Positions 9,775 to 20,022 are shown, numbered from the stretch's first letter. The stretch is 64,000 nt of DNA from an uncultured Eubacteriales bacterium (GCA_902373415.1 CABKLX010000002.1:37425-101424), one strand, 5' to 3'. Made by a program: numbers and translations. Notes: generated by a model from the sequence alone, not told the origin.

Positions 9775-10361
9775 AGATGAAAGTTCTGCTCGCTTCCAAC
9801 AACGGGCATAAAATAAAAGAGATTAAAGAAATTCTCGGCGATTTTTTCGATGTGGTTTCATTGCGTGAAGCGGGCGTGGAGTCCGATCCCGAAGAAACGG
9901 GAGCCACTTTTGAGGAAAACGCGCGGATAAAAGCCGTTGCGGGAATGAAAGCGAGCGGAATGCCGTGCATCGCGGACGACAGCGGGCTTGAAGTTTTCGC
10001 TCTTGACGGTCTTCCGGGCGTTATGAGCGCGCGTTACGCCGGAGGTCACGGTGACGACAGTGCGAACAACGAAAAGTTGCTCCGTGAACTTGAAAACGCC
10101 TCTGACAGGTCGGCGCGTTATGTCTGCGTTATTTGCATGGCGTTTCCGAACGGTCATGAGATCGTCGCGCGCGGGGAATGCAGGGGGACTATCCTGAAAG
10201 AAGCCCGCGGAGAAGGCGGTTTCGGCTACGATCCGCTGTTCTTCTTCCCGCAGTTCGGCAAAACGTTTGCCGAGATAACGGCGGAGGAAAAGAATGAGGT
10301 CAGCCACAGAAAAGCGGCGCTGAGAGAATTTGAAAAGATATGGGAGAAGGAAAACGGATGA
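9771..10361 (+). CDS. rdgB: Non-canonical purine NTP pyrophosphatase (RdgB/HAM1)
   Basis: 196 aa with SNNGHKIKE, DDSGLEV, GFGYDPLF and SHRKAA motifs. The start overlaps the ftsY stop. Confidence 0.9.
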   Translation: MKMKVLLASNNGHKIKEIKEILGDFFDVVSLREAGVESDPEETGATFEENARIKAVAGMKASGMPCIADDSGLEVFALDGLPGVMSARYAGGHGDDSANNEKLLRELENASDRSARYVCVICMAFPNGHEIVARGECRGTILKEARGEGGFGYDPLFFFPQFGKTFAEITAEEKNEVSHRKAALREFEKIWEKENG

Positions 10362-10645
10362 CGAGCAAACAGAGAGCGTATCTGCGCGGACTTGCGAATA
10401 CGGCGGATACGATATTGATAATCGGCAAGGACGGAGTTACCGACAACGTTCTGAAACAGGCGGACGACGCGGTAGAGGCAAGAGAAATAATCAAACTCAA
10501 ATGCCTTGAAACGGCGATGATGACTCCTCGCGAAGTGGCGGAGGAGATCGCGGCCGCAATAAACGCGGAGGTCGTTCAGGTGATCGGCTCGAAAGCCGTG
10601 ATCTACCGCCCCGCGAAAAAACCGAAGATCGTTCTTCCGAAATGA
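10358..10645 (+). CDS. yhbY: YhbY/CRS1-type RNA-binding ribosome assembly protein
   Basis: MTSKQRAYLRGLANTADTILIIGKDGVTDNVLKQ... ATG 10358 overlaps the rdgB stop (ATGA) and follows GGAGAAGGA. The ORF track start at 10340 is an alternative. Confidence 0.85.
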   Translation: MTSKQRAYLRGLANTADTILIIGKDGVTDNVLKQADDAVEAREIIKLKCLETAMMTPREVAEEIAAAINAEVVQVIGSKAVIYRPAKKPKIVLPK

Positions 10646-11271
10646 GAACGGGACTTTTCGGGGGAACTTTCAACCCCGTTCACAACGGTCATGTCGCCGC
10701 TATGAAGGCTTTCAAACAGGTTGCGAGGCTCGATCGGCTTACAGTCATGCCGACGGGAACGCCGCCGCATAAGCGCTTTGAACGCTCCGTTTCCGACGCG
10801 GACAGGCTTGAAATGCTGAAACTCGCGGTCGGGAATATCGGAGAGGTTTCGGATTACGAGATGAAAAAAGAGGGCAAGAGTTACACATTCGAAACGCTTG
10901 AATATCTGAAAAGCGTTTTCCCCTCGGACGAGCTCTTCCTTTATATGGGTTCCGATATGCTTCTCGGTTTTGAAACCGTATGGCGTCGGACGGACGAAAT
11001 AATGAAACTTTGCACGATCGTTGCGCTTTCGAGGACGGGAGACGATCTTGAAAAACTTGAAAACTGCGCGGAACATCTGCGCCGTGACTTCGGCGCAAAG
11101 ATCGAGGTCTTCCGTATCGAGCCTGTCGTTGTCAGTTCGTCGCAGATCCGCGCGCTTATTTCGGAAGGAAAAGACGTCTCGGATCTCGTGCCGAAAGCGG
11201 TCGGCGAATATATAAAAGAAAAAGGACTTTATCGGGGAGGCGAGAACGGTGATCGATGTTTCGGAGTATGA
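10642..11271 (+). CDS. nadD: Nicotinate-nucleotide adenylyltransferase
   Basis: GLFGGTFNPVHNGH (HxGH nucleotidyltransferase motif) and SSSQIR near the C-terminus. ATGA overlap with yhbY. Confidence 0.92.
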   Translation: MRTGLFGGTFNPVHNGHVAAMKAFKQVARLDRLTVMPTGTPPHKRFERSVSDADRLEMLKLAVGNIGEVSDYEMKKEGKSYTFETLEYLKSVFPSDELFLYMGSDMLLGFETVWRRTDEIMKLCTIVALSRTGDDLEKLENCAEHLRRDFGAKIEVFRIEPVVVSSSQIRALISEGKDVSDLVPKAVGEYIKEKGLYRGGENGDRCFGV

Positions 11272-11842
11272 TGACCTGCTGAAAAAAATGCTGAAGCCCG
11301 AAAGGTACCGTCACAGTCTCGGAGCGATGGAGACCGCGCGAAAACTTGCCCTTAAATGGGGCGCCGACGCAGACAGAGCGCAGATCGCGGGGCTTCTTCA
11401 CGATATTACGAAGAATATGCCCGACGCCGAACAGCTCGAAATGATGAAAAAGAGCGGCGTCCCGCTGACGGAAGAGGTTCTTGCCTGTCCTTTTATATGG
11501 CATTCGTACACGTCGGCATATTACGTCCGCGATGTGCTTGGCATAAACGACGGGGAGATCTTCGGCGGGATATATTATCATACGACGGGGAAAAAAGGCA
11601 TGACGCTTTTTGAAAAGGTGATATATATCGCCGACCTTGTCGAACCGAACAGGACTTACCCCGATGCGAAAAGACTTTATGATCTTGCTTTCAACGATCT
11701 CGACGAGGTCGTTTTTGAAAGCGCTCGGTGGTGCCTTTTCAGAAACAGCCGTGACGGCGGTTTCATTTTCGGAGATACTTTTGAACTGTATAATGAATGT
11801 GTTTTGAAACGGAGGGACAAAAATGAACGAAAAGATCCTTAA
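11249..11842 (+). CDS. yqeK: HD-domain bis(5'-nucleosyl)-tetraphosphatase YqeK
   Basis: RYRHSLGAMETARKLA...LLHDITK (HD motif). Conserved nadD-yqeK-rsfS order. GTG start. Confidence 0.85.
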   Translation: MIDVSEYDDLLKKMLKPERYRHSLGAMETARKLALKWGADADRAQIAGLLHDITKNMPDAEQLEMMKKSGVPLTEEVLACPFIWHSYTSAYYVRDVLGINDGEIFGGIYYHTTGKKGMTLFEKVIYIADLVEPNRTYPDAKRLYDLAFNDLDEVVFESARWCLFRNSRDGGFIFGDTFELYNECVLKRRDKNERKDP

Positions 11843-12191
11843 CATGGCAAAGACGGCGGCGCAGGCGCTGAACGGGAAGAAGGGACATGACATAAAAGTC
11901 ATCAAGGTCGCGGATAAGACCACGCTCGCGGACTATCTTGTTATCTGTAACGGAACATCCTCGACGCAGATCCGCGCGCTCGCGGACGAATGCGAATACC
12001 GCCTGAAAGAGGCGGGATATGAGGAACTCCACAGGGAAGGCCAGCCCGGCGGAGATTGGATACTGCTTGATTTCAAGGATATTATAGTACACGTTTTCAG
12101 CAAGGAGGCGCGTGCGTTTTACGATCTCGAACGTTTTTGGAAAGACGGCGAGGAGATCGATATGGATTTTGATGTGAAAGAGGAGAACTGA
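11823..12191 (+). CDS. rsfS: Ribosome silencing factor RsfS
   Basis: 122 aa with DYLVICNGTSSTQIRALADE and WILLDFKDIIVHVF motifs. Confidence 0.9.
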   Translation: MNEKILNMAKTAAQALNGKKGHDIKVIKVADKTTLADYLVICNGTSSTQIRALADECEYRLKEAGYEELHREGQPGGDWILLDFKDIIVHVFSKEARAFYDLERFWKDGEEIDMDFDVKEEN

Positions 12192-12195
12192 AAAA

Positions 12196-14601
12196 ATGGA
12201 TTACGATTTTGCGAAAGTCGAAAAAAAATGGCAGGATCGCTGGGATGAGAAAAAAGTTTTCGTCGCGAGCGAGGACAGAACGAAGAAAAAGTTTTACGCG
12301 CTCGTAGAGTTTCCCTATCCGAGCGGCGCGGGAATGCACGTCGGACATATAAAGGCTTACGGCGGGCTTGAAGTCATCGCGAGAAAAAAGCGTATGGAAG
12401 GGTATAACGTCCTCTTCCCGATCGGTTTCGACGCGTTCGGACTTCCGACCGAGAACTATGCCATAAAAACAGGTATCCATCCCCGTAAGGTCACGGACAC
12501 GAATATCGAAAGATTTACCGATCAGCTTAAAAAAGTCGGCTTCTCGTTCGATTGGACGAAAGTCATAGATACGACCGACGAGAACTATTACAAGTGGACG
12601 CAGTGGATCTTCCTCAAAATGTTTGAACACGGGCTCGCTTTCCGCGACAAGACGCTGGTCAACTATTGCCCGAGCTGTAAAGTCGTTCTTTCAAACGAAG
12701 ACTCTCAGGGCGGCAAGTGCGATATATGCCATTCGGATGTTGTACAGAAATCGAAGGACGTTTGGTATCTGCGCATAACCGAATATGCCGATAAACTGTT
12801 GCAGGGACTGGAAAAAGTCGATTATCTTCCGAATGCGAAATTGCAGCAGCAGCATTGGATCGGAAAATCGACGGGCGCGTTCGTCAATTTCACGATCGCG
12901 GGAACGGATGAGAAACTGCGCGTTTACACGACGCGCCCCGACACGCTGTTCGGCGTTACCTTCATGGTCATCGCGCCCGAGCATCCGCTGATCGAAAAAT
13001 ACGCGTCAAAGATCACGAACAAGGACGCGCTCGACGCGTATAAAGAGGCGAGCACCAAAAAATCCGAGTTCGAGCGTACTCAACTCGTCAAGGACAAGAC
13101 AGGTGTTCGCATAGAGGGTATCGATGCGGTCAACCCCGTCACGGGCGGCAATATTCCCATATATATTTCCGACTATGTAATGATGGGTTACGGCACGGGC
13201 GCGATCATGGCAGTTCCCGCTCACGACCAGCGCGACTGGGAGTTTGCGAAGAAATTCGGCATAAACATCATTCAGGTCATCAAGGGCGGCGATATAGAAA
13301 AAGAGGCGTATGCCGGCGACGGAGAAATGATAAATTCCGATTTCCTGAACGGTTATACGGATAAAAAATCTTCTATCGAAAGAATGATAGAATATCTTAC
13401 GGAAAAGGGTATCGGCGAAAAAGGCGTTCAGTACAAGATGAAGGACTGGGCGTTCAACCGTCAGAGATATTGGGGCGAACCCATTCCCATCGTTCATTGC
13501 CCGCATTGCGGACTTGTTCCGGTTCCTTACGAAGAACTCCCGCTGCGTCTGCCCGAGGTCGAAAATTTCGAGCCGGGAACGGACGGCGAAAGCCCGCTTG
13601 CAAAGATAGACGAGTTTGTCAACTGCAAGTGCCCGAAGTGCGGCGGCGACGCAAAGCGCGAAACGGACACCATGCCTCAGTGGGCGGGTTCGTCCTGGTA
13701 CTTCCTGCGCTACATAGATCCGAACAACGACAAGGTGTTTGCCGATGCGGAAAAACTGAAATACTGGATGCCCGTCGATTGGTATAACGGCGGAATGGAG
13801 CATGTCACCAGACACCTGATCTACTCGCGTTTCTGGCACAAATTCCTTTATGACATAGGCGAAGTGCCCTGCGACGAGCCGTATATGAAGAGAACCGCTC
13901 AGGGGCTGATCCTCGGTCCCGACGGAGAAAAAATGTCGAAGTCGAAGGGAAATGTCGTTGACCCGCTTGACGTCGTTGAAAAGTACGGCGCGGACGTTCT
14001 GAGGACTTATATCCTGTTTATGGGCGATTACGGACAGGCAACTCCGTGGTCGGACAACAGCGTTAAAGGATGTAAGCGTTTCCTTGACCGCGTCTGGGGA
14101 CTGAACGGGATTGTCAGGGACGGAAAAGGCTATACCCCGTCTATGGAGACGGCATTCCATCAAACGATCAAGAAGGTTTCTTCCGATTACGACGCGATGA
14201 AGTTCAATACCGCGATCGCGGCGCTCATGACGCTTATCAACAGGATATACGACGAAGGAAGTCTGACGAAAAAAGAACTTTCGGACTTCCTGATTCTGCT
14301 CAATCCCGTTGCTCCTCACATGACCGAGGAAATGTGGGAGATGAACGGCTTTGACGGAATGCTCTGCGAACAGAAATGGGTCGAATACGACGAGGCGAAG
14401 ACCGTTGAATCGACGATCGATATCCCCGTTTCGGTGTGCGGCAAACTGAGAGGCGTTATCTCCGTTCCCGCCGATGCCGACAAAGACACCGTTATCGCCG
14501 CCGCGAAAGCCGACGAAAAAGTTCAGTCTTTCATCTCCGGAAAAACGATAGTCAAAGAGATCTTCGTCCCCGGCAGAATGGTCAATATAGTTGTTAAATA
14601 G
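12196..14601 (+). CDS. leuS: Leucine--tRNA ligase
   Basis: 801 aa with a HIGH-type motif (PSGAGMHVGH), KMSKS, and the zinc-binding CPSC...CDIC module. Confidence 0.97.
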   Translation: MDYDFAKVEKKWQDRWDEKKVFVASEDRTKKKFYALVEFPYPSGAGMHVGHIKAYGGLEVIARKKRMEGYNVLFPIGFDAFGLPTENYAIKTGIHPRKVTDTNIERFTDQLKKVGFSFDWTKVIDTTDENYYKWTQWIFLKMFEHGLAFRDKTLVNYCPSCKVVLSNEDSQGGKCDICHSDVVQKSKDVWYLRITEYADKLLQGLEKVDYLPNAKLQQQHWIGKSTGAFVNFTIAGTDEKLRVYTTRPDTLFGVTFMVIAPEHPLIEKYASKITNKDALDAYKEASTKKSEFERTQLVKDKTGVRIEGIDAVNPVTGGNIPIYISDYVMMGYGTGAIMAVPAHDQRDWEFAKKFGINIIQVIKGGDIEKEAYAGDGEMINSDFLNGYTDKKSSIERMIEYLTEKGIGEKGVQYKMKDWAFNRQRYWGEPIPIVHCPHCGLVPVPYEELPLRLPEVENFEPGTDGESPLAKIDEFVNCKCPKCGGDAKRETDTMPQWAGSSWYFLRYIDPNNDKVFADAEKLKYWMPVDWYNGGMEHVTRHLIYSRFWHKFLYDIGEVPCDEPYMKRTAQGLILGPDGEKMSKSKGNVVDPLDVVEKYGADVLRTYILFMGDYGQATPWSDNSVKGCKRFLDRVWGLNGIVRDGKGYTPSMETAFHQTIKKVSSDYDAMKFNTAIAALMTLINRIYDEGSLTKKELSDFLILLNPVAPHMTEEMWEMNGFDGMLCEQKWVEYDEAKTVESTIDIPVSVCGKLRGVISVPADADKDTVIAAAKADEKVQSFISGKTIVKEIFVPGRMVNIVVK

Positions 14602-14636
14602 TGCTTTATCCGTAAATAAAGAGGAGGTATCCGAAA

Positions 14637-17240
14637 TTGAAGCATATCAAAAAAATTCTATCTGCGGCGCTGCTTTGCGCACTTGTCTTTTCAGGATGTA
14701 CCGTGCGTGCCGAAGCGACTTTCAAAGGAAAAACGGAGTCCGAATGGGCGAATAAGTTCCATTCGACGGCGGTCACCTCGTTTGAAAAAATAGGATCTTT
14801 GCCCGAAGCCCTAAACGGATTCGTTTTCCGCGCGGAGGGAGAGGACAGGGTGAGCGACACCGTTGACGGCAAGGTTGTCGAAGGCGAGGAGTTCTCGGGC
14901 GGCAAGGTTCTTCTCGCGGACTACAACCGCGACGACACCGTTCAGCACGGCATAAACCTTTCCGTTACCGTTCCCGCGGACGGTTCGTATTCGCTGACGG
15001 CGTTTGTTTCGGATCTCAAAAAGAACCTCTGGCAGGCGACCGATTGCGACCTTTTTGTAAACGGCGTTCTTGCATACGACACGTCCGTGAACATTATTTC
15101 CTCAACGAAGGTTTCAACTCCGTCCGTTCCGAAGAAGACTATCATGAGAATAACGGAACTTCCCCCGATCGCACTGAAAGCGGGCGAAAACACCGTTTCG
15201 TTCGTGCTTCATAATTCGGACAGAACGCCGACCAAGCCTCTTTTTTATCTTGATTACATAGAGCTGAAGCCGGAAAACGACCCCACGGCGACGGGCGAGA
15301 TCAGCTATACTTCAACTCCGGGCGGAGAATATTCAAAACAGGCTGTCGCCGCCGCGGAGATAGACGTTTTCACCGGCTCGTGGGATATGACAGCTTCGCT
15401 TACCGTATCTTCCTTCGCATCGACGGAGGCTGAGGCTGCCGACGTTTCCGTTCAGATAGTGGACTATTACGGTAACATTGTTTTTGAGGATTCCGTAAAA
15501 CCCGTTTTCGGCAGCTATAAGTATACCGCCGATCTCGGGAAACACCCGACGGGACATTTCACTCTGCGCGCGACGGCGAACGGAAAAACCATTTGTTCGA
15601 AAGAATATGCCGTGCTTCCTCCCGTTGAGGACAGGGATCTTGAACTCGATTCCCCGTTCGCTTCGGACTTCGCGTCCTATCACCTGCTTGCCGACGAGTT
15701 CGATCTTGTTGACAATTACGCCGCCGCGGCAAAACTCTGCGGTGTCAGCGTGCTCCGCGAGCGCCTTGACTGGACGGAATGGAAAAAAGGCAATTACGAT
15801 TTTCACAGAACCGATAAGCATTTTAACGCCATATCCGATATGGGTATGAAGATAATGCCGTTCATATCAAGCGCGCCCAACTGGATCACCGATACGGGCA
15901 AAAAGATGTATATGGCGTCTCAGCTTGAAATGTATCAGTTCACCAAACGCGCCGCGCAGAGATATACGGATATATCGCAGGCGTTTGAGATATGGAACGA
16001 GATGAACTATTTCGTGGACGCTCCGGCAGATGTTTACGCCTCTTTCTTCAAGGCGGCGTCCTTCGGCGTCATTGACGGCGGCAATTCTCTTCCGAAGATA
16101 GTCGGCGGTCTTTGCGAGGGCGAAGGCTGGACATACGCGGAGGCATATACGGATCTGCTTTGCCGCAATGAACTCTTCGATTACAGTGACGCGTTCAACT
16201 GGCACTATCATATCTACGACAATAAATACGACCGTCCGTTCTCTGAGTTTATAAACGGCACGATCGGAGGAAAATTCGCCGCGTTTGCGAACGCGCGTCT
16301 CGCAGATCTTCCGTCCTGGTGCACTGAGGCGGGAATCAAGCTTTTCCCCGCATCCAAAACCGAGGATCTTTCCGAAAAACAGCAGAAAATTCAGTCGAAC
16401 TATATGGTCACCTCCGCTTGTCAGTCCCTTGCCGCCGGCACGGACAAACATTTCTGGTTCATTCTTCTGAAAATGGAGGAGACCGACGGCAGCGGTTGGG
16501 GCTGGTTCGGCTCATTCGGGTCAAAAAATCAACCGTTTTCGTCCGTTGTGACAGAAGCGGTTATGACTCAAACTCTCGGCAAAGGTATGTATAAAGGCGC
16601 GCTCACCGGGCTTCCGAGCGGCGCGGAGGGACACGTTATAAACAACGGCGAGGACGATGTTATCGTTCTTTGGGCAACTTCCGACAGAGACGTAACTCTT
16701 TCCGTTCCCGGAAATGTTTTGAAAACCACCGTTGTCGGCGATCGGGAGGTTCTCTGCCCGACAAACGGAAAAATAACCGTCAAAGCGGGCGTTGAGCCGA
16801 TGTTTATCACGGTTGACGGAACCGTTGACTCTTCCGTATATACAGCAACTTCAAACGCTCCCGTAAAAACCGTGACCGCAAAGACCGATTATTCGGCGGG
16901 TGAAAGAGTTGTTCTGACGCAGCTTTGGTACGATCTTTTCGATACCTCCGCATACAAGACCGCGCGCAACAACGGGTATAAAGTCTCCGCGGAAGGAAAT
17001 ACGATCACGCTGAAACTTGTTAATTTCAACGATTTCGAGGTGAGCGGGACCGTAAGCGGGGCGGCGGACGGATACACGGTTACGGGAAGCGGAGAAACAA
17101 TAACTATTCCCGCGATGTCCGAAACCGAAGTTACGTTCACCATAACTCCGAACGGCGGAACCGGTTCGACCTATCTGACCTTCGAAGGAGTCTTCAACGG
17201 AAGCGAGACTTCGAAATCCGTTTCGAGAATTTACAGATAA
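14637..17240 (+). CDS. Secreted lipoprotein, putative glycoside hydrolase (TIM-barrel, clan GH-A-like) with N-terminal carbohydrate-binding-like module
   Basis: 867 aa with a TTG start 9 nt after AGAGGAGG and the lipobox LVFSGC. The N-terminal beta-sandwich-like region ends LFYLDYIELKPE. The central region has FEIWNEMNY, resembling the WNEPN acid/base strand of clan GH-A enzymes. The function call is tentative. Confidence 0.55.
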   Translation: MKHIKKILSAALLCALVFSGCTVRAEATFKGKTESEWANKFHSTAVTSFEKIGSLPEALNGFVFRAEGEDRVSDTVDGKVVEGEEFSGGKVLLADYNRDDTVQHGINLSVTVPADGSYSLTAFVSDLKKNLWQATDCDLFVNGVLAYDTSVNIISSTKVSTPSVPKKTIMRITELPPIALKAGENTVSFVLHNSDRTPTKPLFYLDYIELKPENDPTATGEISYTSTPGGEYSKQAVAAAEIDVFTGSWDMTASLTVSSFASTEAEAADVSVQIVDYYGNIVFEDSVKPVFGSYKYTADLGKHPTGHFTLRATANGKTICSKEYAVLPPVEDRDLELDSPFASDFASYHLLADEFDLVDNYAAAAKLCGVSVLRERLDWTEWKKGNYDFHRTDKHFNAISDMGMKIMPFISSAPNWITDTGKKMYMASQLEMYQFTKRAAQRYTDISQAFEIWNEMNYFVDAPADVYASFFKAASFGVIDGGNSLPKIVGGLCEGEGWTYAEAYTDLLCRNELFDYSDAFNWHYHIYDNKYDRPFSEFINGTIGGKFAAFANARLADLPSWCTEAGIKLFPASKTEDLSEKQQKIQSNYMVTSACQSLAAGTDKHFWFILLKMEETDGSGWGWFGSFGSKNQPFSSVVTEAVMTQTLGKGMYKGALTGLPSGAEGHVINNGEDDVIVLWATSDRDVTLSVPGNVLKTTVVGDREVLCPTNGKITVKAGVEPMFITVDGTVDSSVYTATSNAPVKTVTAKTDYSAGERVVLTQLWYDLFDTSAYKTARNNGYKVSAEGNTITLKLVNFNDFEVSGTVSGAADGYTVTGSGETITIPAMSETEVTFTITPNGGTGSTYLTFEGVFNGSETSKSVSRIYR

Positions 17241-17250
17241 AGGTGATAGT

Positions 17251-17790
17251 ATGGAATTTTCCGAACTCATTGAAAAAAGAAGAAGCCTTCGCGCTTATGA
17301 CCCGTCCGTGCCCGTGACACGCGAAGAGATCGAAAAGATCGTCTACGCCGCGCAGCAGGCGCCGTCTTGGAAAAACAGTCAGACGGCGAGGTTTTACTGT
17401 CTGCTTCCCGGGGAAAACGCAGACCGCTTCCGCGCGGAATGTCTTCCCGAGCGCAACGCGGCAAAAGCGGAGGGCGCGGCGCTGATAGTCGCAACGTTCG
17501 TCAAAAATGTCGCGGGCTTTTCCGCAGACGGAAAAACGGCGGACAACGAGTGCGGAAACGGGTGGGGGTATTATGATCTCGGTCTCGCAAGCGAGCATAT
17601 CTGCCTTGCGGCGAAAGATCTCGGTCTTGACACTCTGATAATGGGACTGCGTGACGGAGAGAAAATAAGAAAGTTTCTCTCTGTTCCCGAAACAGAACAG
17701 GTCGTTGCCGTCATTGCGGTCGGTCACGGCACGTCTCAGCCCACCAAACCTCCGAGAAAGAATACCGATGAGGTTCTGAAATTCTTTTGA
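17251..17790 (+). CDS. Nitroreductase-family protein
   Basis: 179 aa with MEFSELIEKRRSLRAY...QAPSWKNSQ, typical of FMN nitroreductases. AAGGTGA RBS. Confidence 0.85.
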   Translation: MEFSELIEKRRSLRAYDPSVPVTREEIEKIVYAAQQAPSWKNSQTARFYCLLPGENADRFRAECLPERNAAKAEGAALIVATFVKNVAGFSADGKTADNECGNGWGYYDLGLASEHICLAAKDLGLDTLIMGLRDGEKIRKFLSVPETEQVVAVIAVGHGTSQPTKPPRKNTDEVLKFF

Positions 17791-17910
17791 AAAGGGATAA
17801 CGAAACGTGTATAACGGCAGGCGGAATCTGTCGGAAGCGTTTGAAAAACAGCGACCCGACGTTTCCCCTGCCTGTCACAGATACAGAGCATACCGAAAGA
17901 GGTAAAATAA

Positions 17911-19539
17911 ATGAAAAAGAGAGACGCGGTGCCGCATATCGGCATAATGTTCAACGAAGACCCCAACCATCACATCGGAGAGACATGGAGCACACGAAAA
18001 ACCTATAACAAAGGCTTCCGCTTTTCCGAAGAGAGCGAAAGAGAGTTTGTTCGTCAGTACGAAGGTTCTCAACTGACGGATTTTCTGATCAACGTCAATT
18101 TTATGCGCTCCGTTTACCCGTCGGAGGTGTTTGACAGTTATACGACCAGCGGTCTGACTTTTAACGAAAGCGGCTTGCCTGTCGATGAAAACGGAAATGT
18201 GCTCGAAGAAACCGAAAATGCGTATTACGAAACGTTCGTCCGCGATAATTTCGACATTTTTGACTGCTGGATCAGGAATTTTCGGGAGATCGGCGTCCGT
18301 CCGTGGCTCTCTTTCCGAATGAATGACGTTCACGGCGTGGCGGAAAACGAAACGGGAATGCTGACAAAGTTCTGGCAGGAGCATCCCGAGACATACCGTA
18401 TTCACCACCACGTTCCCGACGGATACTTTGCGCGCACTTTCGATTATGAGCAGCAGATAGTCAGGGACAGAATGTACGCGTATATAAAAGAGGCGCTTGA
18501 AAGATACGATGTTGACGGAGTAGAACTCGATTTCATGCGCGAGATGTTCTGCTTCGCTCCCGGAAGAGAGTTCCTCTGCCGTGATCTGATGACGGATTTC
18601 GTCCGCAGTATCCGCGCTCTCTGTGATGAGTTCGAGGAAAAACGCGGACATCGTATCCTTATTGGAATTAAACTTTTCGCATTGCCTCATCAGGTGTACG
18701 ACGCCGGCTTCGATTATTTCACTTATGCCGAGGAGCGCCTGATCGACGTCTTTATAGCGGGTCCGCGCTGGGAGACGATCGACAACGATATTCCCATAGA
18801 GATATGGAAAAAGATCTTTGAGCCTTACGGGGTCAAGGTCGCGGCGGGACTTGAACTGATCCTTCGCTGTCATCCGCACGGAGAGTTTTATTATCTGAAC
18901 ACCGTCGAGACAACGATGGCATCCGCGACGCAGTATTTGTCCGCGGGAGGAGATTTTACATATCTTTTCAACTATATGCGTCCCGTCAAGGTCGATTATT
19001 CAAAGGATTGGGTCTATTCGATCTATCAGACGGAGAATTATCAGCGCCTTATCAGAAATGCGGGCTCGTATGAGACTTCGTTCCCCCTCCCGCGCAGACA
19101 TGTCAAGACCTTCCACGACATCGAGCCGCAATGGGAGCCTGCGAAACTGTCGCCGCTTCCGCTGACCGTCGCTTACGACAACACGTTCTTCCAGGTCAAG
19201 GTCAGAGCCTGCCCCGCGCCGAAAGATGCGAAATGCTATGTCGTTCTCGGAGCGAAGGGCGTTGACTCGGACGAGATTTCTCCCGAGACTTTCGACATCT
19301 ACATGAACGGCGTTCATCTCGAATACGGCGGAATGTGTGAGGTCACGCCTTATACGAAGTGGCAGGGCTACTATTTCCCGATTCCCGATCCCGCGCTTGT
19401 CGCAGACGGGAATGTTATCGAGATCGCGCGCAAGACCGGCGCACCGGGGTATTCCGTCGAATATGCCGAGATCCGCGTCAATGCGGCTCTTGAAAAAGAT
19501 CAGTGGGAAAAAGACCACCTTGTTTGGATAGAACTGTAA
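17911..19539 (+). CDS. Hypothetical cytoplasmic protein, possibly glycoside-hydrolase-like (beta/alpha)8 fold
   Basis: 542 aa with no signal peptide and an AAGAGG RBS. The motif DVDGVELDFMRE resembles catalytic-strand motifs of uncharacterised GH-like TIM barrels. I do not recognise a named family. Confidence 0.4.
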   Translation: MKKRDAVPHIGIMFNEDPNHHIGETWSTRKTYNKGFRFSEESEREFVRQYEGSQLTDFLINVNFMRSVYPSEVFDSYTTSGLTFNESGLPVDENGNVLEETENAYYETFVRDNFDIFDCWIRNFREIGVRPWLSFRMNDVHGVAENETGMLTKFWQEHPETYRIHHHVPDGYFARTFDYEQQIVRDRMYAYIKEALERYDVDGVELDFMREMFCFAPGREFLCRDLMTDFVRSIRALCDEFEEKRGHRILIGIKLFALPHQVYDAGFDYFTYAEERLIDVFIAGPRWETIDNDIPIEIWKKIFEPYGVKVAAGLELILRCHPHGEFYYLNTVETTMASATQYLSAGGDFTYLFNYMRPVKVDYSKDWVYSIYQTENYQRLIRNAGSYETSFPLPRRHVKTFHDIEPQWEPAKLSPLPLTVAYDNTFFQVKVRACPAPKDAKCYVVLGAKGVDSDEISPETFDIYMNGVHLEYGGMCEVTPYTKWQGYYFPIPDPALVADGNVIEIARKTGAPGYSVEYAEIRVNAALEKDQWEKDHLVWIEL

Positions 19540-19557
19540 AAGACGCATAAATAAGAG

Positions 19558-19597
19558 GGACAAAAACCGCCGAGAAGCGGATTTTGTCCCTTTTTGC
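19558..19597 (+). terminator. Intrinsic terminator ending the leuS-distal gene block
   Basis: GGGACAAAAACCGC...GCGGAUUUUGUCCC followed by UUUUUG. Confidence 0.85.
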
Positions 19598-19700
19598 CGA
19601 AAAATAAGGCTCGGCGCAATATAATTGAACGGAATTTTTGTTTATAATATTCGGTTTATCGTAAAAATTATACAAAACGGAAAAAAAATGATTTTGCCTA

Positions 19701-19729
19701 TTGACATTCAGACGAAAGCGTGATATAAT
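19701..19729 (+). promoter_or_regulatory. Sigma-A promoter of the T-box leader
   Basis: TTGACA (19701..19706), 17 nt, TATAAT (19724..19729). Confidence 0.8.
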
Positions 19730-19735
19730 ACAGCC

Positions 19736-20022
19736 AAACCGATGAGAAAGAGTAAGTAAGTCTTAACACTGTTTCAACAGAGAGCCGCAGGCGGTGGAAT
19801 TGCGGTGAAATAAGATCTGACCGAATGGACTTTCGAGGGCGAGCGGAAACGGAACGGCGTTCCGGAGTATGTAAGACGGAGTATGATCCTCCGTGACAAA
19901 AGATCGGCGTATGACTGTACGCACAGAGAGGTCGCGTTATAACGGCGCGGCAAGCCGGGTGGCACCACAGGTGATTTTGATCCTGTCCCAGCAGAATATG
20001 CGGGGACAGGCTTTTTGTTTTT
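19736..20022 (+). promoter_or_regulatory. T-box riboswitch leader, tryptophan-specific (UGG specifier)
   Basis: Stem I has the K-turn GAUGAG (19741), AGAGAG and GGUGGAA. The specifier loop reads GAA-UGG-A-CUUUCGAGGG (UGG at 19826..19828). The T-box motif GGGUGGCACCACAGG is at 19957..19971; its UGGC complements the GCCA-3' end of tRNA-Trp (G73). The competing terminator is CCUGUCCC-N12-GGGACAGG plus a U-run (19982..20022). Confidence 0.88.

Noticed and set aside
13006-14319. 437-aa ORF antisense to leuS. Similar cases are 28525..29898 antisense to the BMP lipoprotein, 38392..39744 antisense to ispG/rseP, 20108..21211 antisense to the TrpX-like gene, 60946..62199 and 55372..56535 antisense to paralogues 3 and 1, and 17875..18879.
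   Set aside because: All lie opposite genes with unambiguous conserved motifs. They have low-complexity Arg-rich translations and lack ribosome-binding sites. I treat them as frame artefacts.
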